NCBI GenBank assembly: GCA_031549385.1
Contig: JAVBPW010000001.1
Location: 224,001 to 288,000 of the forward strand
Direction: 5' to 3'
Length of the DNA: 64,000 nucleotides
Source of the DNA: Alphaproteobacteria bacterium
Lineage (GTDB): Bacteria; Pseudomonadota; Alphaproteobacteria; Rs-D84; SZUA-605
Part shown: one piece after another, positions 10,441 through 18,678 of the stretch
How the letters are laid out: every line of letters starts with the position of its first letter
Position numbering within the stretch: position 1 is the stretch's first letter
Translations under genes and position numbers: made by a program
Notes under the pieces: model-generated
Seen by the model: the letters and a program-made list of their open reading frames with translations, nothing else
Databases searched by the model: none
What the model was told of the DNA's origin: nothing

Positions 10441-10890
10441 ATGTCAAAAACAACAAAAATAATATTTATAATATCAGTATTGGTTAATGTACTGTTTATC
10501 GGATCAATCGTTGGTGGAGCTATTAAGCATTGCAACCACAGAAGAGAATTTAAATTTACAAAACAATTCTCAAATTTTGATAAAGAACAAAAAGCTAAAG
10601 TAAATGAAGAAAGAGCTAAACTTTTTGAAATATTAAAAGCTGATAATTTTAATAAACAAGAATTTGATGCTCAATTAGATAAAGTGTCTAAGCTTCAAGA
10701 AAATATGTATGTTAAATTTATGAATGATATGGCTACTAATTTGTCAGCTATGCCTAAGGAAGAAAGATTAAAGACTATTGAAGATATCAATAATCGTTTT
10801 GATAAACCTTTCTATAAAAAACCTGGACATAAACGCAGGTTTGATAAAAGACATGAACCAGAAGGTAAACATAGACCAGATAGACCATAA
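10441..10890 (+). CDS. Periplasmic heavy-metal sensor / Spy-CpxP-like helical protein
   Basis: ISVLVNVLFIGSIVG anchor, L..DNFNKQEF...MPKEER pattern of the Metal_resist family. Confidence 0.8.
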   Translation: MSKTTKIIFIISVLVNVLFIGSIVGGAIKHCNHRREFKFTKQFSNFDKEQKAKVNEERAKLFEILKADNFNKQEFDAQLDKVSKLQENMYVKFMNDMATNLSAMPKEERLKTIEDINNRFDKPFYKKPGHKRRFDKRHEPEGKHRPDRP

Positions 10891-10914
10891 GAAAATGCCG
10901 AAAGGCATTTTTTT
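10891..10914 (+). terminator. Intrinsic terminator
   Basis: AAAATGCC-GAAA-GGCATTTT followed by T-run. Confidence 0.85.
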
Positions 10915-11064
10915 AAAATTAAAAATAATTATAATTTATAATGACTTTTAAAATAACCTATTCTATAATTATTATTATCTTTAAATAGGAATTTGTTCTC
11001 ATTGACAAATAATGGTTTTAAAACTGTAATTAAGATTAAATAATATATTTTAAAATTTTATGTT

Positions 11065-11316
11065 ATGAGTAAAAGAAACCATGACAACCAGGGATCAATC
11101 TCACCATCAGAGGCAGCTCAAAAAGCATATGAACATTTGGGTTCAAATGCAAGTTGTGAACTTGATATTGAACATGACAGAGTTAGAAGTGTTTCAGCAG
11201 ATGGGCATCGAAGTGTTTTATTTCATGATCATGATGATGACACAAAAGGTGGTCCTCACATACATTTGAAAACTGAAGGTGAAACAAAAGACACCGTTTA
11301 TCAAATTAACGATTAA
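11065..11316 (+). CDS. Small His/Asp-rich protein resembling a polymorphic-toxin C-terminal tip
   Basis: Own TTGACA-N17-TGTAAT promoter (11002-11030) and terminator; SADG.R...D...GGPHIHL pattern; family call from memory only. Confidence 0.6.
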   Translation: MSKRNHDNQGSISPSEAAQKAYEHLGSNASCELDIEHDRVRSVSADGHRSVLFHDHDDDTKGGPHIHLKTEGETKDTVYQIND

Positions 11317-11322
11317 CTATTT

Positions 11323-11348
11323 AAAGGTGGATTTTTTTATCCACCTTT
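11323..11348 (+). terminator. Intrinsic terminator-like hairpin
   Basis: AAAGGTGGAT...ATCCACCTTT. Confidence 0.75.
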
Positions 11349-11378
11349 ATTAATATTGATATATAGAGGAGAAATTAA

Positions 11379-11717
11379 ATGAAAGACTTTCCAAATGGTA
11401 AATTTTTATACAATTCGACAATAGGTGAAACTTCTGGCCTTTATCTATATCTAGATAAAGTGCAAAATTATCGTGACGAAGTGGTATCTGAATATTCCTT
11501 ACAATGGTATAGCAAAGATTATAAGTTGTCTTATGATGAGTATTATATAGCTTATGGTAAGATTGAAAATGGAAAAAAAGTTTACAGAAAAGCTAATAAC
11601 AGAAATATCATTTATAATACAAAACAAGAATTAGTCGAGGATATAATAAAGGCTATAAAAGAATTTGCCCATATAAATATAAAGAAAGAAGTCATAGAAG
11701 CTTTTGTAGAGTTTTAG
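11379..11717 (+). CDS. Hypothetical protein (Tyr-rich, 112 aa)
   Basis: GAGGAG RBS, clean ORF. Confidence 0.75.
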   Translation: MKDFPNGKFLYNSTIGETSGLYLYLDKVQNYRDEVVSEYSLQWYSKDYKLSYDEYYIAYGKIENGKKVYRKANNRNIIYNTKQELVEDIIKAIKEFAHINIKKEVIEAFVEF

Positions 11718-11725
11718 ATTTTAAA

Positions 11726-11862
11726 GAGGATACAAAGTTATCTTACCTTAGCAGACAAGGACAATATTAATTGTTACAGTTATACTATAGCAACATACAA
11801 TTTTAACTTGTTAGATGAACTTGTTCCTTGTGAAAGCTTCCAATATAAATCTTATAACCCTC
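11726..11862. ncRNA. Candidate structured RNA (long interrupted hairpin)
   Basis: Nested complementary blocks GAGG/CCTC, ACAAGGA-CAA/TTG-TTCCTTGT, TGTTAC/GCAACA; G-U pairs favour the minus strand. Confidence 0.35.
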
Positions 11863-11874
11863 AAGGAATTATTA

Positions 11875-11900
11875 AAAAAAGCGCCTTCTGGCGTTTTTTT
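11875..11900. terminator. Bidirectional terminator 3' of tRNA-Lys
   Basis: AAAAAAGCGCC-TTCT-GGCGTTTTTTT. Confidence 0.85.
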
Positions 11901-11905
11901 AAAAG

Positions 11906-11981
11906 TGGTGGGTGTTACAGGAATCGAACCTGTGACCCAATGATTAAAAGTCATTTGCTCTACCGGCTGAGCTAAACACCC
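11906..11981 (-). tRNA. tRNA-Lys(UUU)
   Basis: GGGTGTTTAGCTCAG...AATGA-CTTTTAA-TCATT...GGTTCGATTCC...CACCCACCA. Confidence 0.97.
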
Positions 11982-12044
11982 ACATTGACGATTTATGCAG
12001 GGTATAATAAAAAAAGCTCCGCGTCAAGTAAAAATGTAAAAATA

Positions 12045-12080
12045 AAAAAAGCTCATAATATTTCATGAGCTTTCTTTTTT
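12045..12080 (-). terminator. Intrinsic terminator
   Basis: AAAGCTCAT...ATGAGCTTT with flanking A/T runs. Confidence 0.7.
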
Positions 12081-12092
12081 AATAAGTAACGA

Positions 12093-12392
12093 TTACCACT
12101 TTTTAGCAGCTTTCTTTACAACTTTTTTAGCAACTGGTTTTTTTGTAGCTACTTTTTTAGGTGCAGCTTTTTTTACAGTTGGTTTTTTTGCAGCTACTTT
12201 TTTAGGTGCAGCTTTTTTTACAACTGGTTTTTTTGCAACTACTTTTTTAGGTGCAGCTTTTTTTACAGTTGGTTTTTTTGCAGCTACTTTTTTAGGTGCA
12301 GCTTTTTTTGCAGTTGCTTTTTTTACAACTGGTTTTTTTGCAGCAGCTGGTTTAGCAGCTGGTGTTACTTTTTTTAAACATTTTCCAAACAT
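12093..12392 (-). CDS. Histone H1-like Lys/Ala/Pro-rich protein
   Basis: GAGGAGG RBS; 15-aa tandem repeat KKAAPKKV(A/V)AKKP(T/V)V (45-nt DNA repeats). Confidence 0.85.
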   Translation of the reverse strand: MFGKCLKKVTPAAKPAAAKKPVVKKATAKKAAPKKVAAKKPTVKKAAPKKVVAKKPVVKKAAPKKVAAKKPTVKKAAPKKVATKKPVAKKVVKKAAKKW

Positions 12393-12497
12393 TTCGTTTT
12401 CCTCCTCTTAAATATTTGTCAGGATCCTCTCCTTAATTTCAATTATATAATTTTTCTTTACGTAATTCAATACCTTTTATTACATTGGTCAAAAAAA

Positions 12498-12998
12498 TTA
12501 TTTAGTAGAAATTATTGATGGCGTAAATTTATCAAAAGTTATTTTTGAAATTTCTTTTGGTAAATCTTTTTTTTCTATCCATATCCATTTTTGTGTTCTT
12601 CCAAATGGTCCAATTTTTCCACGAACATTTAAATCTCTATTAGGCTCTGACCACATAACACAAGTGTATGTCTTTCCTTTTTTTGGATCAGTAATTTTTC
12701 CACCCTTATATTCGTTACCATCTTTTTTCATATCGTAAATTATATCCAATCCACACATAGATGGATCACCTTTAAATTTATCTGCTACTAATTTTTTTTC
12801 ATTGATTGTGTCTTTAACTTTTCCATCTTCATCATAAATTAAAATTATTCTTCCATAAACTTTTGAATTATTTTCATAAACTGCAACAATAGATTTTGGT
12901 TTTCCTGTTTCATCGTCTATTGTTTTATAAAATCCTGTTATCGCATATGCGTTAACTGATATTAAAAGTGTTAAAATTACCATTATTAGTTTTTTCAT
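12498..12998 (-). CDS. DUF2147 family exported protein
   Basis: G.YKTIDDETGKPKSIV, GGKITDPKKGKTY.C, VRGKIGPFGRTQKW. Confidence 0.9.
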   Translation of the reverse strand: MKKLIMVILTLLISVNAYAITGFYKTIDDETGKPKSIVAVYENNSKVYGRIILIYDEDGKVKDTINEKKLVADKFKGDPSMCGLDIIYDMKKDGNEYKGGKITDPKKGKTYTCVMWSEPNRDLNVRGKIGPFGRTQKWIWIEKKDLPKEISKITFDKFTPSIISTK

Positions 12999-13098
12999 GC
13001 CTGCTCCTTTAGGTTAAAATGACATAAACCAAAATTAACTTGACTTTTTACAAAAAACAAGATATTTTTTGCCAGATAGAAACTAAAAAGGTGAAACT

Positions 13099-13521
13099 AT
13101 GTCAAGACAATGCGAAATTACTGGTAAAAAGAGACAAATAGGTTGTAATGTATCTCACTCTAAGAGACATACAAAGAAAACTTTCTTACCAAATACTAAA
13201 AAAGTTAAATTAACTAGTGATGTTTTAAAGAAAACTTTTGAACTTACTCTTTCTTCTCACGGACTACGTACTGTTGAAAAGAATGGTGGGTTAGATGGGT
13301 ATCTTTTAAAATCAAAGAATGGTAACTTAAACGAAACTTTGAAAAAAATCAAAAATGATATTTTAAAAGTACAACCTTTCGAAAAGAAAGAAACTACTAA
13401 AAAAGCTGTTGCTAAAAAAGAAGTTAAGAAAAGAATTGCTAAGAAAGCTGCTGCGCCTAAAAAGGAAACAGCTAATAAAAAGACTGTTGCTAAAAAGGCT
13501 ACAGTTAAAAAAGAAGCTTAA
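13099..13521 (+). CDS. rpmB: 50S ribosomal protein L28 with Lys/Ala-rich C-terminal extension
   Basis: MSRQCEITGK, NVSHS, FLPN, GLRTVEKNGGLD. Confidence 0.97.
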   Translation: MSRQCEITGKKRQIGCNVSHSKRHTKKTFLPNTKKVKLTSDVLKKTFELTLSSHGLRTVEKNGGLDGYLLKSKNGNLNETLKKIKNDILKVQPFEKKETTKKAVAKKEVKKRIAKKAAAPKKETANKKTVAKKATVKKEA

Positions 13522-13540
13522 AATATTAGCAAAACAGTTA

Positions 13541-13568
13541 AAACTCCTTGTAATCAAGGAGTTTTTTT
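13541..13568 (+). terminator. Intrinsic terminator
   Basis: AAACTCCTTG-TAAT-CAAGGAGTTT followed by T-run. Confidence 0.85.
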
Positions 13569-13627
13569 ATTTGCCTTTTTTCAATTTAGCATTTAAACTT
13601 GTTTACAAATATTAGTAGAGGGTAAAT

Positions 13628-14113
13628 ATGAAGTGTCCATTTTGTTCTTTTGAAGATACACAAGTTAAAGATTCCAGAGTTTCTGAAGACGGCTCTTATA
13701 TAAGACGACGTAGAATATGTTCTGAATGTGGCTCTAGGTTTACTACATTTGAGAGAATTCAACTTAGAGATATTACTGTTGTTAAGCGTGATGGACGAGA
13801 AATGCCTTTTGATAGAGAAAAGATTTTAAGATCTATTACACTGTCATGCAGAAAACGCCCTATTGATGGTGAACAAATAGAAAAAATAGTTAATGGAATT
13901 CAAAGAAGCTTAGAAACAAGTGGAGAGTCTACTGTTACTTCTGAATATATAGGACAATTAGTGTTAGATGCATTAGAAGTGTTAGATTTTGTTGCATATA
14001 TTAGATTTTCATCAGTTTATAAAGATTTTGGCTCAAAAGAAGACTTCTTAAAGCTTATAAAAGATTTACCTGAACTGCCTGTGATTAAAAAAGAGAAAAC
14101 TCAATTATTTTAA
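13628..14113 (+). CDS. nrdR: Transcriptional repressor NrdR
   Basis: MKCPFC..DTQVKDSR, IRRRRIC..C..RFTTFE, ATP-cone, VAYIRFSSVY. Confidence 0.97.
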   Translation: MKCPFCSFEDTQVKDSRVSEDGSYIRRRRICSECGSRFTTFERIQLRDITVVKRDGREMPFDREKILRSITLSCRKRPIDGEQIEKIVNGIQRSLETSGESTVTSEYIGQLVLDALEVLDFVAYIRFSSVYKDFGSKEDFLKLIKDLPELPVIKKEKTQLF

Positions 14114-14518
14114 TTAGTATTTAAGTAAGAGGTATGAATTAAGACGTGAAAGAATGTCTTGATTATCTGTTTTAATGCTTTTTGGTAAAGTAGATAATGT
14201 TAGTATTATATTAGTGTTTGGATTGTCCAAAAATTCAAAAAAGTTTAAAAGTATCTTATTATCTAAATTTGGAAGCTGAGTATCTATATCATTAATTATT
14301 ATCAATTTATCTTCTTGATTTATGTTCTTTAAAAAGTTTAAATCTGTAATTGTTGAAGCATTTAAATTGGTTTTTAACCAATCTAATATCTTATTTCTTT
14401 CCTGCATATCATTTCCATAAAGTAAGATATTTTTTGTTGGAAAAGCCGGAAAAGACTTAAGTACTTGAAGTATTTCTTGATTTGGATTAGCATCAAAAAA
14501 TAAATCTGAATTCATCAT
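14114..14518 (-). CDS. Degenerate HdaA/DnaA-like AAA+ domain protein
   Basis: FFDANPNQE, ILLYG, IIINDID, DILSRL; no intact Walker A; ATGA overlap with the upstream gene. Confidence 0.55.
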   Translation of the reverse strand: MMNSDLFFDANPNQEILQVLKSFPAFPTKNILLYGNDMQERNKILDWLKTNLNASTITDLNFLKNINQEDKLIIINDIDTQLPNLDNKILLNFFEFLDNPNTNIILTLSTLPKSIKTDNQDILSRLNSYLLLKY

Positions 14519-15108
14519 TGGCTTATCCATCCTATTAAAAAAACTAATGCAAATATTACTATACATATAAAGATTAGTATGTATTCTAACTTCTTTTCTA
14601 TAAATTCTTTTGCTTGTTCACCATATTTCTTTAATAAAAATGCTATTAGGTAAAATCTTGCAAACCTTGATAATGCGCACATAAAGATAAACATAACTAT
14701 GTCACATTTTACAAAACCTGAAAATAGTGTTACTAGCTTATATGGGATTGGAGTTATTCCACCAAGGAATACTATAAAGGCGTCATATTTATCATAAAGA
14801 GCTGAAAAACTTGCTAATTGATCTTGAAGAGAAAAATATTGAATTAAATGCACACCAATACTATCAAAAAACATATAACCTATTAAATACATTGCTATAC
14901 CACCAAGAACAGAGAACAATGAAACTAAGAAAGCAGCTTTATATATCTTCTTTGGAGCATATATACAAAATGGAATAAGTAATACCTCATTTGGAATTGG
15001 AAAAAATATTGCTTCTGTAAATGAATATATTGCTAATATTAGTAATGCATATGGAGATTTTGCCATATTTGTAAAGTAATTATAAAGCGGACGCAGATAT
15101 TTTTTCAT
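14515..15108 (-). CDS. YqaA/DedA (VTT domain) membrane protein
   Basis: SFTEAIFFPIPNEVLLIP, GITPIPYKLVT, SRFARFY. Confidence 0.92.
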   Translation of the reverse strand: MKKYLRPLYNYFTNMAKSPYALLILAIYSFTEAIFFPIPNEVLLIPFCIYAPKKIYKAAFLVSLFSVLGGIAMYLIGYMFFDSIGVHLIQYFSLQDQLASFSALYDKYDAFIVFLGGITPIPYKLVTLFSGFVKCDIVMFIFMCALSRFARFYLIAFLLKKYGEQAKEFIEKKLEYILIFICIVIFALVFLIGWISQ

Positions 15109-15198
15109 GATTTTTTCATTATAGATACACTACAAAAAAATATCAATAAATTAAATCTTGATTTTTATATTTTTTTTCGTATACTAGTTCTTCGTTGT

Positions 15199-15275
15199 GG
15201 GTGATTAGCTCAGTTGGTTAGAGCATCTCGTTTACACCGAGAGGGTCTGCGGTTCGAGTCCGTAATCACCCACCA
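15199..15275 (+). tRNA. tRNA-Val(UAC)
   Basis: GGGTGATTAGCTCAG...TCTCG-TTTACAC-CGAGA...GGTTCGAGTCC...ATCACCCACCA. Confidence 0.97.
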
Positions 15276-15306
15276 TCTTTTTAATCAGAGTACATAGGAG
15301 CTTGCT

Positions 15307-15531
15307 TTGATAAAACCAGGTCAGAAATATTTCCATTATAAAAATAAAGATAAATTTTACCGAATAGTTGCTGTTGGTAAATATAAATCAAATTTAGAAG
15401 ATGTTGTTGTGTATGAAACATTATACCAGAATCCTTTAAGCAATATATGGGTGAGAACTGTTGAAGACTTTTCTTCATTAGTTGACATTGATGGAAAAAA
15501 ATTTCCAAGATTTACTTTAGTCGAAGAATAA
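15307..15531 (+). CDS. DUF1653 family protein
   Basis: YFHYK...Y...LEDVVVYETLY...WVR...F...PRF. Confidence 0.88.
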   Translation: MIKPGQKYFHYKNKDKFYRIVAVGKYKSNLEDVVVYETLYQNPLSNIWVRTVEDFSSLVDIDGKKFPRFTLVEE

Positions 15532-15595
15532 GGGAATGATTTCTTATTGAACTTTATCTTTCTTAATGGTAAATTATTTTTTTAGAGGATGAACC

Positions 15596-16789
15596 ATGAG
15601 AATAAAATCTATTTTATTGTTTTTTGCTATTTCTTTGTTAATTATCCCAGCGATAGCTCAAGAAAAATTGTCTATTGATAATTCTAAACCTGAAGGAAAA
15701 GAAGAAAAGAAAAAACTATCTTTTATCGATCCTGTGGATGGATATTTTGACGTTAGTCAATTTGTTTTACAAATGCATGGTTTTATTCCTGTTCCTATTA
15801 TTATTACTGAACCTGCTGTTGGAGGATTTGGACTTGGGGTTGTTCCTGTATTTATTCAACGAAATGATCCTATTGTAAAAGATGGAAAAACTTATCCTGT
15901 ATCACCGACTATGACTATGCTTGGTGGTGCTTATACTGCTAATGGAACCTGGTTGCTGGCAGGGGGGCGAGTTGGGCATATTAAAAGATATGGTATAGAT
16001 TATAAAGCAGCTATTGCTTATGCTGATGCTAATTTAGACTTTTACCAATATTTTCCTAAACTTAATCAAACTGCAAAATTTGGATTTAATATGGAAGTAA
16101 TACCTGTTTATTTATATTTAGGAAAAAAACTTTGGGACCCAAGATTTTCTGTTGGGGTGGATTATGTTTTTGCTGATATAAAATTAAAACCTGATTTTGG
16201 ATTAGATGTTCCTGAAGAATGGGTTAAGACTTTTGAATCTAAATTGTCGACTATTGGGTTAGTTGGAGAGTTTGATAGCAGAGATAATACTTTTACTCCT
16301 AATAGTGGAATTAAGGCTAGCATTAAGGCTAAGTTTAGCTCTGAATATATTGGAAGTGATCATGATGTGCAACAATTGGAAGAAGCTATTTATTGGTATG
16401 TACCTTTTACAAAAAAATGGGTGAGTGGATTTAGAGTAGATTTTCAACAAATTTATGGAGACTATCCTTTTTATATGAAACCTTATGTTGATATGAGAGG
16501 TATTCCTGCACTTAGATACCAAGGAGAGAATACTGCTTTGGTTGAAGTGGAAGAAAGATATGATATAGGGTCTGCTGGCAGATGGAGTGTAGTTGGATTT
16601 GGTGGCCTTGGAAAAGGTTTTGATAAATTTAGTGAATTTAATGATATGCCTCTTGCTTGGAGTTATGGCGTTGGTGGACGATATTTAATTTCTCGAATCT
16701 TAAAACTTAGAGTTGGAGTTGACGTTGCTATGGGACCTGAAGGTCCAACATATTACATCATCTTTGGAAGCGGATGGATGAGGCAGTAA
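15596..16789 (+). CDS. Omp85 (BamA/TamA-like) barrel protein lacking obvious POTRA domains
   Basis: Signal peptide, PIIITEPAVG, FDSRDNTFTP, MRGIPALRYQG loop, aromatic C-terminal strand. Confidence 0.8.
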   Translation: MRIKSILLFFAISLLIIPAIAQEKLSIDNSKPEGKEEKKKLSFIDPVDGYFDVSQFVLQMHGFIPVPIIITEPAVGGFGLGVVPVFIQRNDPIVKDGKTYPVSPTMTMLGGAYTANGTWLLAGGRVGHIKRYGIDYKAAIAYADANLDFYQYFPKLNQTAKFGFNMEVIPVYLYLGKKLWDPRFSVGVDYVFADIKLKPDFGLDVPEEWVKTFESKLSTIGLVGEFDSRDNTFTPNSGIKASIKAKFSSEYIGSDHDVQQLEEAIYWYVPFTKKWVSGFRVDFQQIYGDYPFYMKPYVDMRGIPALRYQGENTALVEVEERYDIGSAGRWSVVGFGGLGKGFDKFSEFNDMPLAWSYGVGGRYLISRILKLRVGVDVAMGPEGPTYYIIFGSGWMRQ

Positions 16790-17680
16790 ATGTTCTTTGT
16801 TGATATAGGCTCTTCTACTATTAAAGTTTATCGTTTATTAAACGAAGCACTTGAACATATTCATGAAAGAACTATTCCTTTTAAAAGTGAATTTGATAAA
16901 GATTCCGGTATTTCACCAGAAAACTATAATGCTATAATTAATTATTTTAATGAACTAAAAGTTAAATATGGAGTTAACTCTGAAAATACTTCTTTGTATG
17001 CTACTGGAATATGGAGAGAGTTTAGCATTAATGCTTTAGAAGAATTTAAAAAAAATTTCAAAAAAGATACTGGATTAAATTTTAATATTATAACACATCA
17101 ACAAGAAGCTGATTATTTAAAGAAAGCTAATGAAGGTGATTATAATGGTAAAAAAGTTTTAATTATTAATACTGGTGGAAAGACTACTGAATTTGTTACT
17201 ATTGAAAATGGAAAAACTATTGAGATAAAAATTTCAAATATTGGTATTGCTGATATGCTTAATAAATTTCCTAATGTTGATGATGGATATGCTCCAGCTT
17301 CTTTAAAAGACATGATGGAATTTGCTGATGGACTTATAAAAGATATTGAATTCGAAAAAGATTATAACACTGCTATATTTCGTGAATTAGACTTTCAAAG
17401 AAATGCAGGATATTTATTAGAAGAAAATAAACTGTTTGAAGATTCTAACCATCCTTTAATGATTAGCATGGATAATTTAGAAAAAAGTGTAGAGAGAATT
17501 TTTACAGGTTTTACATTAGCAGAATTATATACCCAGCGACCTCATAATCCTTCATGGATGGATGGCGCAAGACATTTTGCAGCATTATCACTTGCTTTAC
17601 TTAAAAAAATTGGAGTTGAATTTGCAGTACCGTCTAATTTAAATCTTATTAATGGGGTTGTGAAAACTCTTGATAATTAA
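16790..17680 (+). CDS. Ppx/GppA-like ASKHA-fold protein
   Basis: VDIGSSTIK, YATG, QEA, NTGGKTTEF motifs. Confidence 0.7.
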   Translation: MFFVDIGSSTIKVYRLLNEALEHIHERTIPFKSEFDKDSGISPENYNAIINYFNELKVKYGVNSENTSLYATGIWREFSINALEEFKKNFKKDTGLNFNIITHQQEADYLKKANEGDYNGKKVLIINTGGKTTEFVTIENGKTIEIKISNIGIADMLNKFPNVDDGYAPASLKDMMEFADGLIKDIEFEKDYNTAIFRELDFQRNAGYLLEENKLFEDSNHPLMISMDNLEKSVERIFTGFTLAELYTQRPHNPSWMDGARHFAALSLALLKKIGVEFAVPSNLNLINGVVKTLDN

Positions 17681-17704
17681 AAATTAAAATTTATAGTTAA
17701 GATT

Positions 17705-18325
17705 ATGAATGAAATAGATTTTTTAATTAATAACTATCAACCATTTGATGAGCTTGAAAAAGAGCATCTTGATGAATTACGTAATTTTGTAAAGTCTTCA
17801 AAAGATATTTATAAAAGATCATTTAATGGAGAGCCTAACATTACCGCATCATGTATAGTTGTTAATGAAGATTTTAGTAAAGTTCTTGTTATGCATCATA
17901 TTTTTCATAACTTTTATAAACAATTTGGCGGGCATCTTGAAGGAAATTCTAATTTAGCAGAAGTTGCTAAACAAGAATTGGAAGAAGAAGCTGGCGTTAA
18001 GGGAAAATTACTTAGTGAAAGGCCGTTAGATTTTGTTTTATGGAATTGTCCTGAAAGAATAAAGGGAGATATTAAAATTCCTCCTCATAAGATTTATGAT
18101 GTTGCATTTTTATTTCAAATAGATGAAAAGCAAAAAACACAAGTAGCTATAGGAGAAGGTTTTGATATTAAGTGGATTGATATTAATCAATGGAGAGATA
18201 TGGAATTTGATCCAAAATCTCCTGTAATTAAAAATAATCCTCATAATTCTCATTATAATAAGAGAATTTTTAATAAGGTTTCTATGATTAAAGGACTGCT
18301 TGAAAAACAAAAAGAACGTGAATAA
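17705..18325 (+). CDS. NUDIX hydrolase
   Basis: ITAS, GGHLEG...ELEEEAGV Nudix box, H..YDVAFLF. Confidence 0.88.
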   Translation: MNEIDFLINNYQPFDELEKEHLDELRNFVKSSKDIYKRSFNGEPNITASCIVVNEDFSKVLVMHHIFHNFYKQFGGHLEGNSNLAEVAKQELEEEAGVKGKLLSERPLDFVLWNCPERIKGDIKIPPHKIYDVAFLFQIDEKQKTQVAIGEGFDIKWIDINQWRDMEFDPKSPVIKNNPHNSHYNKRIFNKVSMIKGLLEKQKERE

Positions 18326-18402
18326 TCTAAAATTCTTGTTTTTCTAGATTATTATATTATATAATATCCTATATGGGGATAATAAATTAAAAAAGGAGAT
18401 TT

Positions 18403-18588
18403 TTGATGTACAATTTATTTTTGTTTATATTATTTTTAATTATATGGATATTTCAAGGAATTAATATGGCACTTATGGTGCTTGGTTCAATCACATTAGT
18501 TTGGTTGATAATTACTGTGTCTATTACTCTTTATGGACTATTTGCATTATATATATTGAAGAAAAATATGGATAAGTTTAACAAATAG
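18403..18588 (+). CDS. Small membrane protein
   Basis: GGAG RBS, two hydrophobic segments, followed by a terminator-like hairpin at 18610-18634. Confidence 0.6.
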   Translation: MMYNLFLFILFLIIWIFQGINMALMVLGSITLVWLIITVSITLYGLFALYILKKNMDKFNK

Positions 18589-18678
18589 TTAAAAATAAGA
18601 AAAAATTTAAAAGGAGCTTGAAAAAGTTCCTTTTATTATTTTATTGAAAATTTCAGCTTTAAAACATATATTGAGGCA

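Noticed and set aside
12130-12345. 45-nt tandem repeats considered as a CRISPR array
   Set aside because: No unique spacers; in-frame coding repeats of the H1-like protein; no cas genes
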